Source: Octopus sinensis
Taxonomy: Eukaryota
DNA length: 64,000 bases
Assembly: GCF_006345805.1 (NCBI RefSeq)
Contig: NC_043005.1
Span: 11,594,001 to 11,658,000, forward strand
Direction of reading: 5' to 3'
Translations under genes and position numbers: made by a program
In this document: positions 13,828-26,677 of the stretch, piece by piece
Numbering within the stretch: the first letter of the stretch is position 1
Layout: each line of letters opens with the position of its first letter
The notes under the pieces: generated by a model
What the model saw: the letters and a program-made list of their open reading frames with translations, nothing else
Databases searched by the model: none
What the model was told of the DNA's origin: nothing

Positions 13828-14690
13828 AATGGTTTCAAAATTTTACCATAAGGGCAACCATTTTGGGGAGGGGATAAGTCGATTACATCGACCCCAGTGT
13901 TTCACTGGTACTTAATTTGCTGACTCCGAAAGGATGAAAGGCAAAGTCGACCTCGGTGGAATTTGAACTCAGAACGTAAAGAAAAACGAAATACCTATAA
14001 GGGGCTAAACACAGAGGGGACAAACAAGGACAGCTAACGGATTAAGTCGATTACATTGACCCCAGTGCGTAACTGGTACTTAATTTATCGACCCCGAAAG
14101 GATGAAAGGCAAAGTCGACCTCGGCGGAATTTGAACTCAGAACGTAACTGCAGACGAAATACTGCTATGCATTTCGCCCGGCGTGCTAACGATTCTGCCA
14201 GCTCGCTGCCTTTGGTACTTAATTTATTGACTCCGAAATGATGAAAGGGAAAGTCGACCTCGGAGGAATTTGAACACAGAAGGGGCAGAGAGAGGAAGTG
14301 CTGCGAAGCATTTCACCCGGCGTTCTAATGATTTTGCCAGTTCGACTCCTTAATAATGGTTTCAAATTTTGGCACAAGGCCTGAAATTTTGGAGTGGAGG
14401 TAAGTCAATTACATCGATTCAAGCATTCAACTAGCACTTATTTTATCAACCGTGAAAGGATGAAAGGTAAAGTTGACCTCGGCAGAATTTGAACGCAGAA
14501 CGTAAAGACGGTCGAAATACTGCTATGCATTCGCCCGGCGTGCTAACGATTCTTCCAACTCGTCGCCTTAATGATAATGATAATAATCCTTTTTACTATA
14601 GGCTCAAGGCCTGAAATTTTAGTGTTAGGGTGTTAGTTGATTATAACGACAGGTAATTTTTTATCGGCCTGGAAAGGATGAAAGTTAATC
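13826..14690 (-). mobile_element. Cluster of at least 5 SINE family M units
   Basis: Repeated GGATGAAAGGCAAAGTCGACCTCGG core near 13930, 14100, 14240, 14460 and 14675. Confidence 0.88.
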
Positions 14691-16309
14691 TAGGCGTGAT
14701 CTCACAGAGGCCACACTCAGACTTTTGTGGTGCCTATCCCGGCTTTTCACGTTCTGAGGTCACTTTTAGTGCAGACCGACTTTCCTTATCTTCCCTCCGG
14801 GATCTGTAAACTGAAGTAACAGTTGAGTAGGAGGTTGATATTATTTCAGTTTGACAAACAATTTTAGTGACAGCGAAAACAACAGCGACAACTTTCGAAC
14901 AGAGACAAACATTTTAAAATTATTTAAATAATATTTGTATTAAAACTAATCTTGCTTCCATCATGACACTGAATACCTAGATTTAACATTTCCTCTAAAA
15001 CACTATTTGGGAATTTTTAAAAAAACCAATGTCACTTTGGCGTTGGATTTAATACAAGAGAGCGCAAACGATATGATATATGCGTTTTAAAAATGATGGA
15101 AGTAGTATCGAATTACTTTCAAAACAGGAATTACAACAAGCGCTACAGGAAATTCTGTGAGATATTCTCACAGGAGTGAAAGTAATGGCACCGTCTAGTG
15201 CACTTTCAAAAACCAGCATCCACGCAAAGTACAAGCTGAAATTTTGAGATATGCTTCTACTCATACACTTGTATCCCAATATATTGCAGAAAGAAATAGA
15301 AACTGATAATAAAAGACTGGAAGAGAAATGGATGCTGGTCATCGTTCTTGAATGTTAATGAGGTCGAATGGTCAAATTAGTACTGACGAGAAGCTACAGC
15401 CTGTCAGCTGGTGTCTAAATTGATTTGTAAGTCCGAATGACACCCCCAAAGTCCAGAGACACACGACAGTTGTTCACATATAAGGCTTGAGTCAAAGGAG
15501 ATGGAAAAACTCTACTAGATAGATATATCGTAGTGAGAAACAATTGAGGTTTGTTTTTTGCATTAAAGAACTGGAAAGCCTAGGAAGGCAAAGAAAAAAA
15601 AAAAGAACTCGATTGCGGAAACGAGACGAGGCAGTAACAAGAGCAGCATGTTTCAGTCTCCAATGCACCATCAGTCCCATCTTCAGGAATGGCAGAAGGA
15701 ATGAACTCAAGATCAGTTCTAGATACGAATGAGCAGAGGGTCCACGCCAACGGTAGCAACTAGTAATATCAATCCATCGTTGTGTGACGAGCTAAAGATA
15801 ATGATTGCAAAGGAGAGTATCTTTACTGTCGGAGGAAAACAAAGAGAAAACTATCACAAAAAGCTAAAAAAACTTAGAGTAACGGAAAAGCAACTACAAC
15901 ATAAAAGAAGGAACAAATTTTCATAACAACAATAGTGCCTCATCTTAGAATAATGAAGACTATTAAAAGGAGAGAAAAGTACTAAGAAGATGTAAGTGAC
16001 CACAAATACACAAAAAAACGACTGCTTAAAAATGCTTATAGTAGCAGAAGGGATTTCATTAATGGTGGCAACAATCGGAAATTCTAGCATGGGGAACAGA
16101 AGGAAGAAAAGCAAGAATAATACTGCCACACCAACGAAAATAATAACGAATTGCCATAGAAACTTCTATATTGATAATTGACTTGCAAATATTAAGAGCC
16201 AAGTGTCTCTCAAATAACATAGTACTATCTTACAAAGGCAATGTTACATTAGATATTTCTAATTTTTGCACAATTTTGTGGAGAGGAGTATGTCGAGCGT
16301 ATCCCGTCC

Positions 16310-16460
16310 CCATCTCATTGTCCAGCATGTACTTATCGATTCCAAAAGGATGAAAGGCAAAGCCTGCTTCGATGGCATTTCAATTCAGAACTTTAAGGGA
16401 ATGAAGAAATCCCGCTAAGCATTTTTGTCCAGTGCGGTAGCGATTTCGCCAGCTCGCTCC
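16310..16460 (-). mobile_element. SINE family M, degenerate
   Basis: ATCGATTCCAAAAGGATGAAAGGCAAAG...GCCAGCTCGC. Confidence 0.75.
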
Positions 16461-18622
16461 TCTAACATTACATTGGACATGTTGTTCTATTTATTCACAG
16501 CTTAATATAAAGAGATATTCATGGATGGAATGTCTTCAATCATTGTTCAGACGAGTGAGATTTGAGTAGGAGTTGAACAGCAACACGCGCAATAACAATA
16601 GCACTAATGAAATTTGAATACTTAATTAAGTACACGCTTAGGCTGATTGAGTTAATACGAAACTTTTACAGACCGCCCTGGACAAGAGACTGACCTAAAC
16701 AGTTATATTACAAAAGAAATTATCTCCTGACAATTATGAAATTTCTATGAAAAGGCAATAAAGTCACTGTGCTTTCGAAGACATTTTTGTCGATGTGCTC
16801 CAGAATAGCGGTGAAGAAGCAGATCTATGTTGGAAGGCGTTCTAGACACAAACAACCAATCTTTCTCCTTTAGGTTAATGAAAATCTTGGACACCTTGTC
16901 CAGTACACTTTTAAAACGAATTCAGTGTCTTTGCTCTTTTCATTCCCTACGGGGATGGTGGTGGTAGTGGTGGAATTCTAGACACTGAACACTCCTCTCA
17001 CTTTAACTGCTACTAATATGGAATTGATTCTGACACCGAGTCAAGGCCGTACAAAGATGGCTAGGGACTTTATATTTCTTCTATATAGGAAATACTAAAG
17101 GCGTTATTTGGAAATTTCAGATGTTTAGCGAAGACAGTTTTGAAAGCCATCAATATTGAGATAACCCGTCGCGAAACAAATTTCTTTCATGTAATTTACA
17201 ATTTTTCTTAAGTAGTACTAAACTGTTTCTTATCTTCTCAAAAGAATTTGCCACTGAGACATCTTAGTAGCTCTAATAGATGTCTCTTAATTATTTTACT
17301 TCTTAATCTGTGATAAATAGACAACAGCAAATTTCATATTACACTAGCTGCTTCATAATATTTTACACAAGTTGCCCTTATTCTTCCTTGCAACAAATGT
17401 TATACATTCAGTGTTACAACTTCACGTTACCACAACCGTTGTATAATTGTTGCATGTTTCACGTTAAAAATTTCCTTCACAATAAAACTGCTACATCTTC
17501 ACGTTATAAGAATTACTTCATTCATCATCCTACCACACATTAGAATTGCAACACACTTCACGTCACAATAGCTGCAACTTTTTCGCATTACGGTTGCTAC
17601 ACATTCCATGTTATAACTACAACATACTTCACATGACAAGTATTGTCACAGTTTTAGGTATCAACAACTGCCACTTACGCCATGTTACAATAATAGCTAC
17701 ACACTTCACATTACAAAAAATTGCTACAAAAGTCAATCAACAAAAATTAGCTTTGTACTCTCACCTCATCCAATATAGATTTTTTTTAGCAGAGAACTAG
17801 CAAGTTGTAACATTAAAATCTTTCATGAGAACATTAATGATAGAAGTGAAAGAAAATATTTTCATCTAGGTGTCGAAACAGCATTGTTGTTTTGTTGTAT
17901 CCATGTGCTTGCCTGACACTGCACGGGTTTGACTTTACCTTCCATCTTTCAAGTATCAATAAGTTAGACCACTCGACTATAACCTTCACCGAAATTCTGG
18001 ACAAGATGACTACATTAGCAAAATCGATATTGATTTATTACTTAGACTAAACAATGTATGCGTTTAATGAGAATTAAGTAATCGATTCTAAATTTGTACT
18101 ATATTTCTATTTTATTGGTTCCAGGGCAGGGTTTCAGAGACAAAACTATACTGGTGCGATTTCAACTGAAAACTGAATCAATTTAGATTCTGATGTGTAC
18201 TAGTAAGCCCAAATACTTTGTTAAGTATTAAATTGGATTCCTTCATATAACTTAATTTGGATATTTGGTAAGTGGAGAAAATAAGTGGAGAAAACAATAT
18301 CCCAATGTATGATATGTGAAACAGTTCTTAATCAAATCGGATTCACATATCATACTTTGGGATAAATTTGATGGAAATACAAATGACCCGAACTGAGAAT
18401 GGAAACTGCATTAATTGTTCATTGTTCGTTATATATCAGCATTAAATATTGATTTATTGATTTGTTGTTGTTTAGTGAGTTGTTAAGAGGGAGACAGAAA
18501 TGGAATATTGTAACGTTCATGACTACAAAAGCGTTGAGAACATAAATGTGAACTCAAGTTGAGTCAGAATCGAACCTACTTTCTCAGTCATCTCAAACAT
18601 TAATTCCCTCTATAACAATTGC

Positions 18623-18926
18623 ATATGGAGGCACATGGCCTAGTGTTTAGAGCAGCGGACTCGCGGTCGAGGGATCGCGGGTTCGGATCTCAGACAGGGC
18701 GATGTGTGTGTTTATGAGCGAAACACCTAAGCTCCACGCGGCTCCGGCAGGAGGTAGTAACGAACTTCTGCTGACTGTTCCGCTACAACTTTCTCTCACT
18801 CTTTCCTCCTGCATCTTGCAGCTCACCTGCGACGGACGGGCGTCCCGTCCAGGTGGAGAACCTATACGTCAAGGAAACCGAGAAACCGGCCCTTATGAGC
18901 CAGGCGTGGCTCGAGAAGTAACAAAC
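18623..18926 (+). mobile_element. tRNA-derived SINE, head A-like + tail Y (V-SINE-like segment)
   Basis: Head shared with 11113, then CTGCGACGGACGGGCGTCCCGTCCAGG. Imperfect TSD ATAACAATTGC / ATAACAACTGC. Confidence 0.8.
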
Positions 18927-20251
18927 ATAACAACTGCGTAATGAAAGAAAAATATATTGCAACGAAAGAAAATTTTTAAGCATCTATATTTATCTATTTC
19001 TTTAAGAGTGAATCTGTAGTCAATTTGATCGATATAGATATATGAATAATATTTCTTTATCGTCTTTGGATGCGATATCGACAAAACTAAACTCCGAATG
19101 TACTGGCATGTTATTAACTGCACTAAATAACCGCTACATATTAATCTCATATTCAACTGTATCCAACCTTATGCCACCAAATCATCCAAGAAAAACATTA
19201 ATCTCTTACAAGTGGCAGATGGTCAAGAAATGTGCAGGTTAGGGGTAGGAGATATGTGGACTGAATTGGTTGACTTCTAGTACACTAGGGTAACTTAGTA
19301 TATCGACCCTGGACGTCAAAGTAAGGGAAAAGCTAATTAGACATCTTGTTGAAATACTGCCTAGAATGGATATAGTTATAGGGTGAATGTGGTTATTCCG
19401 GTAGTCTATCGTTTCAGACAATTTTACACGTTTATATTAAAGAAAATATTGATTTATTACGCTAGTACCAAACCACAAATTGAAGGTAAGTCATTCTAAC
19501 ACTCTCTGGTAGTCATCATGTTTATGTTAGAAGCAGAATTATAAATACTTATACTTTTCTCGTATGATTATATCAATACTCAGCAATCTTTGCTATTTCT
19601 ACCTATGCACTGACATGCACTTTTAAACTAACTCCCCTACGGCTACTTTAATATTTACAGGACATTTCATTTCCAACGCAGACATTAACACGGTGTGTGT
19701 GTGTGTGTGTATGCAAATATATATATGTGTGTGTGTATGCAAATATATGTGTGTGTGTGTCTAAATGTGTCTGGGCATGTATATAGCTGTGCGAGTATAG
19801 TTCAGTTTGCTTCTGATATATTCGAGGGATATGTATATACATAAATGCGGTTACCATCTGTTTGTGAAGCTGCAAGTTTATATCTGGCGTGGGTTGATGA
19901 GGTTATTAACAAGCACTAAATTGAACTGATATTTCTCTGCTGTCAAATTATAATCATAACCATGACCGTAACTCGCCCACGGTTAATTTAATTTAGAAGA
20001 ACGTTTGTTCAATTAAGACGGAATAATGGAACAGAACGATGAAAGCGAGCCAATACATTGTTGATGGAATCAAACGTTTTAATGCAGAATTTTTAGGCTA
20101 TATTACATTTCTATTAAACAATTATTGGTTACAAATACATATTCTATACTATCTATCTATAAGTTAATCTATATATTACACGCACACATACAACCGTATG
20201 CATCTATACCCTTAATCTTTTACACACACACACACACACACTTTTATATAT

Positions 20252-20310
<59 letters not shown>

Positions 20311-20383
20311 TACTTACAAAGTATGGGGCTTTACTTCACAGATAATCTAAACGATCAGGTACGCTAAGTAAGTTGTGAAACGG

Positions 20384-20444
<61 letters not shown>

Positions 20445-20483
20445 TAAAAAAAGGAGATGTCGAACACAGTGGTGGTGATATAT

Positions 20484-21612
20484 AAAAAGGAAATGAAGAA
20501 AATGCTGACAAATAATTGAAGTAATTAAGTAATTTAATTAGGTGAAAGTTCTTTTTACCGGTTGCGCATTTGTTATGCTTATCAAAATATAAAACAGAGA
20601 TTAGAGTCTGTCTCTTATATGTGAAAAAAAGAGGCTCCAGAGTTGTTTTGGATTTGCTTGGTTTCGCGCCTAAAATTTTGATTGGTCATTATGAAGGGGT
20701 CACGTGAATGTTTGAATGGAAGTTGGTGTTGGGGTAAGAAAAAAGGCTCCAGAGAAGTTAAAATTTGGCTAGTGTCCCGCCTAAAATTTCTTATTGGCCA
20801 TAATAAAGAGGTCACGTGAATGTTTAGAATTTTCGAAAATAGTGTTGTTGAAAATTCTTATTGTTCAGGCTGGTCAGTAGACGTCATGTGGATATTTTAA
20901 ATAGCTTTTTAGCGCGTAGTTAGGGAGTGTATTTCCGCTTGACTGGATAAGTAAGTTCGTTTAGAACAGGGAGAGCTGTATGTATGTATGTGTGTGCGCG
21001 CGCGCGCGTGTGTGTGTTTATATGTATGTTGGGGCGCGCGCGCGTGTATATATGTGTAGGTGTGTGGGTACATTTTCAATATTTATATAGTTCTGCTGGC
21101 CTTGTGCCTGTATCGGGAAGCAACGTTTGTGTGAAGTCAATATTTACAGCCATTTGGATTTGGTTCATTCTATGGTCCTTTTGTAATACAGGAATGTTCT
21201 GGAGGATGGTGTCAAAAGCTTCATTGTTGAGGGGTTTTTGTAGAGATGTATGGTAGAGTATGGGGTTTCGATGTAACAGGTTTAGGGCGTCTAAGTTCCT
21301 GCGTGCTGAGTTTTAGGGCGCGTTGGATCCCATTGTCAATTAGTGACGTGGGGTAATCCCTGCTTGTTAATGTGCCCTTGAGTTCTTGTAGACGTAAGAG
21401 ACGGGTGTTTTTATTGGAGACTATAGTGCAAATTCTCTTGGCTAAGTTGTAGGGAATGTTAATTTTAACGTGTCTAGGGTGGCATGAATTGAAAGGGAGG
21501 TATTGCTTGGAGTCTGTGGGCTTGTAGTATATGTCTGTTTCTATTTTTTTGTTGTGAATTTTAATGAGGATGTCGAGGAAGGGAATTTGTTGAGGGCTGT
21601 ATTCCATTGTGA
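20484..21612 (-). mobile_element. Penelope-like element 1, inverted arm (RT thumb joined to 3' UTR)
   Basis: ORF 21221-21619 gives FTMEY..IPFLDILI...TDIYYKPTDSKQYLPFNSCHPRHVKINIPYNLAKRICTI, typical of the PLE RT C-terminus. 20484-21155 is the reverse complement of 22364-23034. Confidence 0.92.
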
Positions 21613-21708
21613 AAATCAATATTTAATGCTGATATATAACGAACAATGAACAATTAATGCAGTTTCCACTCTCAGTTCGGGTCATTTGTATTTCCATCAA
21701 ATTGTTCG

Positions 21709-23029
21709 ACAAAAGGACCATAGAATGAACCAAATCCTCCTAACACACGAAATCATAAAGAGCAAAAGGCAACCCAAATCATTGAAAACCATCCTAACAA
21801 ATGCCAAAGTACTGCCAACCACAACAACTAAACCCACAGTAAACAAATGCAATAGACCCAACTGTGGTATATGCATCAACCTAATAGAAGGTCCGGAATG
21901 CCTTTTTAAACAAGGACAACGTTTCACAGTAAACCTAGTATATGTCTTAACTTGCTCGGGCTGTAATGAACACTACATAGGCCAAACAAAAAATAGCCTC
22001 CGCCAACGCATGACTGTCCACAGATCCCAAATAAAAATACAGGAATATAGAAAAATAGCATTTAGTGCACATATTGATACCTGTGCCGCACAACTCCATC
22101 CCAATTTTAGAATCTTTCCCCTCTACAAATTTAAAGACAATGCCACTCATACCCAGCGAATAACCATGGAATCCCACCTTATTAAAAAATACAGACCACT
22201 CTAAACACATGCCCTAACACGAACCCACAACAAACACACTTACACCTGCACACACCCTACACACCCTTTACCCAGATATTAACACCATGACACACACAAA
22301 TATATGGTTCCACACATACACATAATTGAATACGGGTGCAAAACATCCAACACTATTTTTTGGAAATGGCTGTAAATATTGACTTCACACAAATACGTTG
22401 CTTCCCGATACAGGCACAAGGCCAGCAGAACTATAAATATTGAAAATTGTACCCACACACATACACATATATACACGCCGCGCCGCCCCAACATACATAT
22501 AAACACACACACGCGCGCGCGCGCACACACATACATACATACAGCTCTCCCTGTTCTAAACGAACTTACTTATCCAGTCAAGCGGAAAATACACTCCCTA
22601 ACTACGCGCTAAAAAGCTATTTAAAATATCCACATGACGTCTACTGACCAGCTGAACAATAAGAATTTTCAACAACACTATTTTCGAAAATTCTAAACAT
22701 TCACGTGACCTCTTTATTATGGCCAATAAGAAATTTTAGGCGGGACACTAGCCAAATTTTAACTTCTCTGGAGCCTTTTTTCTTACCCCAACACCAACTT
22801 CCATTCAAACATTCACGTGACCCCTTCATATGACCAATCAAAATTTTAGGCGCGAAACCAAGCAAATCCAAAACAACTCTGGAGCCTCTTTTTTTCACAT
22901 ATAGAGACAGACTCTAATCTCTGTTTTATATTTTGATAGCATAACAAATGCGCAACCGGTAAAAAGAACTTTCACCTAATTAAATTACTTAAATTACTCA
23001 ATTATTTGTCAGCATTTTCTTCATTTCCT

Positions 23030-23034
<5 letters not shown>
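21709..23034 (+). mobile_element. Penelope-like element 1, forward arm (GIY-YIG endonuclease + 3' UTR)
   Basis: ORF 21686-22204 has CNRPNCGIC then VYVLTCSGCNEHYIGQTKNSLRQRMTVHRSQI...RITMESHLIKKY, a GIY-YIG domain with the PLE Cys motif. Confidence 0.93.
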
Positions 23035-23084
<50 letters not shown>

Positions 23085-23363
23085 AGTAGATGAATGAATT
23101 ATCCTAGTATAGATAATTCGGTTAATCGATACCTGGGTAGCAAATTCACGTCAGTAAAACACGGTTGAAGTTACATGCCAAGGGCCGAACCCAGTGTTCG
23201 TGTGTGGAAATTTATGTGTTTTTTTATATGAATAAATGAAAAGAATGGAGTTGAACGAAGATTTTAACAAAATTCCTTTACTTTCGACATATTATGGTTT
23301 CCACAGTGGAAACTATGTAGGCAGACGGTAAGAAGCTCTTGTTCGTCTTGAGGCTGATAGAGG

Positions 23364-23462
23364 TTCCTTGTATTTCCTGATGAGAAGACGGCATAATGCA
23401 ACCTTCATTCCTTCGGAATTAAGAGTATGCAGTCTTCGAAACATATGTCGAAAGTAAAGGAA
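23364..23462 (+). ncRNA. Type I hammerhead ribozyme
   Basis: CUGAUGA at 23377-83. Stem II GAAGAC/GUCUUC is perfect and extended by GCAUA/UAUGC. GAA-ACAUAUGU-C follows, with predicted cleavage after 23449. Stem I is UUCCUU(GUA)UUUC / GAAA(GUA)AAGGAA with a 3x3 internal loop. Confidence 0.88.
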
Positions 23463-23531
23463 TTTTGTTAAAATCTTCGTTCAACTCCACTCTTTTCATT
23501 TATTCATATATATATAATATATATATATATA

Positions 23532-23577
<46 letters not shown>

Positions 23578-24166
23578 GTGTGTGTGTATATAAAACTAGA
23601 TCTTTTTCAGATCTAAGACGTCTAACACATTGCTGAATTCTAGATCCGAAATTTTCAGCGGTTATGTGTATATGGCTGACTTCCTTTAACGAATTGGAAA
23701 GTGCCACACTCTCAGGATTGAACAACTGTACTACAGGCTCTATGCTAAAAATCTTTTTAGCCGTATATTTCATGGTCTAAAGAGAAATAACTTTAATCTG
23801 CACTTTGCTTCTTTCTGCTTTCTTTTTCGTTTTTCGTTTATTTAACCTTCCACCTTTTACATCTACTTCTTCCTTGCGATTTCTCGATTTATCTCTTATC
23901 TTATCGTCCCATTTTTAGTTTGTTATGCTATGTGCGCATTGTCTGAAGATTGTGCTACGATTTCAGACGTGTTGGTCTGCTCTTTGCACGTGAGATTAAA
24001 AGTAACACATAAAAAAACATATAATGTGTTAATTAAATAATATTCATCACTCACCAATGGAGTACTTTTTCGTTGGTCTTTCTATCACGGAACAGTACAC
24101 TATATTATGGATATATATAATATATATATTATATATATATATAATATATATATATATATATACATA

Positions 24167-24215
<49 letters not shown>

Positions 24216-24237
24216 ATATATATGTGTGTGTGTGTGT

Positions 24238-24460
24238 AGGTGCAATGGCGCAAGGGTTAGGGCAGCGGACTCGCGGTCGTAGGCTCGCGGTTTCGATTCC
24301 CAGACCGGGCGTTGTGAGTGTTTATCGAGCGAAAACACCTAAAAGTTCCACGAGGCTCCGGCAGGGGATGGTGGCGATCCCTGATGTACCCTTTCGCCAC
24401 GACTTTCTCTCACTCTTTCTTCTTTTGGCCTGCTCGCTTAGCCAGCGGTGTGGCGAAGCG
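24238..24460 (+). mobile_element. tRNA-derived SINE, head A + tail Z
   Basis: Head matches 11113 up to CTTTCTCTCACTCTT, then continues GGCCTGCTCGCTTAGCCAGCGG. Confidence 0.8.
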
Positions 24461-26447
24461 CATTGTTTTAGCCTTCAAATGACGCCTAGTCGAAAAAAGA
24501 GAAGAAAAATAAAATATATATATACGCGTATGTGTGCGCGTGTAAACATAGTACACCCATTGGTATGGTCTGACGCACTCTGTGCAAGGCCTTTCCTCAC
24601 ATTAAAAGCCTTAGGCGCATATATTTATTATAAGTTACATTCTAAGGCCTACGTTGATCAGAGAAGAAAAAAGACTCACGCACACAAACACAGGCACCTA
24701 TATATACATAGATACAAATTCATTGGGTCACCGGTAGTTGATATTTCCTCATTTCATTCTTCATGGGCCGCATTTTAATGTTGCACTAATTCATAAATTC
24801 ATAAATTCATAAATTCCCCACCCCGTTACACCCACATGATATTCATATATTTTTCATAACAGTTTGAGGAATCAAGAAAGTTTCGTTTCGAATCACAATG
24901 TATTTTAAACATTTTAAAAGTTGTACATATGAATGTGAATTTCAAAGAGATACATTTCTATTTATTTTGTTATCTTGAGTAACATTATGATATCATTCCT
25001 GAAAAATAATCTGTTGAAGTCTAACATCTGCAATATTCCAACTGAACCAATTTGAAAGTTAATAATGATTTTACAAATTCTAATCCTATTATTGACTTAT
25101 TTATTTAATCGCTTTATCTAATCTATCTAATCGTAACGTCATTTACTCGTTTTCATATTTAGAATAAAATGTCAGAAATCGTAATTAAATATGATGGACA
25201 TCTTTAATTAGTCTAATAACACAGAGCAATGGCAGAATCAATAAAACAATGGACATAAATATTACAAGTTTACTATTACCTCCCCTTGCGGCCTCCGTTC
25301 AAATCCTACCGGAGAGCAATGCAGTTATGGCTGAGCGTTGTTTATATTCATGCTTACTCTACCACTTTCTATCCGTTGACAACCATGGGATGCAACTTGT
25401 ACAGACACATTGTGCATTGAGACTACGTGATTAGGAATACATGAACTTCAGATTAGATAAAATATGTTTTTCACAGACACACACACACACAAATATAGGG
25501 ATCACGAGCCCGAAATCCACATGGGGATCAGGATATATGCAGTTTACTACATGCTAACTGATGCGGTTAAGGATCACCCTCACAAGAATTTTTCCAGCTA
25601 TGCACGACAAACTTATTCCCTTCTGATTATTACATACACTCTCCTTCCACTTGTTTCTATACGAATGCGTTATAGATGCATCTATGAACTGTTGGCGAAA
25701 CAGCTCCAGTTTCACAGAACAAACCGATCAAATTGCTCAGCTTTCTTACAGGTTGTTTATTATAATGCTTGTATTCTGTAAAATCCTTCCTTGTAAAGGT
25801 CTACCGCAAGTTCCTCAGTTATAGTCCTCTGAAGGATTTCATTGACTACTCTGGGATCGGTAGGGAGTTTAATACGGGTTCAAAGGGTTTAACTGATCTT
25901 TTCAGAATTCCATCTTTGCTACTTAAGAATTTTTACCCGTCGTAAGAAAGAATAGTTTCCGCACCACCCCTTTTTGAACCAAATACACATTTCAGATTGT
26001 CATAGAATGCTCTCCAGTTGTGAGAGTTAGCATCCTGTTCCAATACTTGAGTTTTTTATTAACACAAAGAATTTTACATATCACGCATTTTTTCTCAATA
26101 GTTTTCTTAGAAGTGGTGTATAGGAATCAGAATGATGGTCATTTTTTTGGTTGAGATCCATGACGTGTGTCTTTTGTGTATAGTTTCTAGGGGTGGTTCG
26201 ATTTCAGAATCATTCTCATCGAACCAATCCTCATTGTTGCATTTGACGAATCTTAGAACTTCTTCAGCAGATGATTTGATGTTGGCACAAATATTGTGCC
26301 ATAAGACTTCAGGATCATTGCTGCTTTCTTCTATATTCTCACGCTTTAAATTTAGGTGCATTTCGAAACTTTGTTGTTTCCAGATTTTTTAAAGATGACA
26401 CATTTATTCTCGTAGATATACCGCATCACAATAGCCTCTTTGTATAT

Positions 26448-26677
26448 ATTTCTTTACTACCCACAAGGGGCTAAACACAGAGGGGACAAACAAGGACAGA
26501 CAAAGGGATTAAGTCGATTACATCGACCCCAGTGCGTAACTGGTACTTAATTTATCGACCCCGAAAGGATGAAAGGCAAAGTCGACCACGGCGGAATTTG
26601 AACTCAGAATGCAACGACAGACGAAATACGGCTACGAATTTCGCCCGGCGTGCTAACGTTTCTACCAGCTCGCCGCC
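26448..26677 (-). mobile_element. SINE family M monomer (tail type 1) inserted in the RTE, 14-bp TSD
   Basis: TSD GCCTCTTTGTATAT at 26434-26447 and 26682-26695. Confidence 0.93.

Noticed and set aside
15645-15685. CUGAUGG...GAAACAUG on the minus strand
   Set aside because: A9 is missing, stem II does not pair and there is no stem I.
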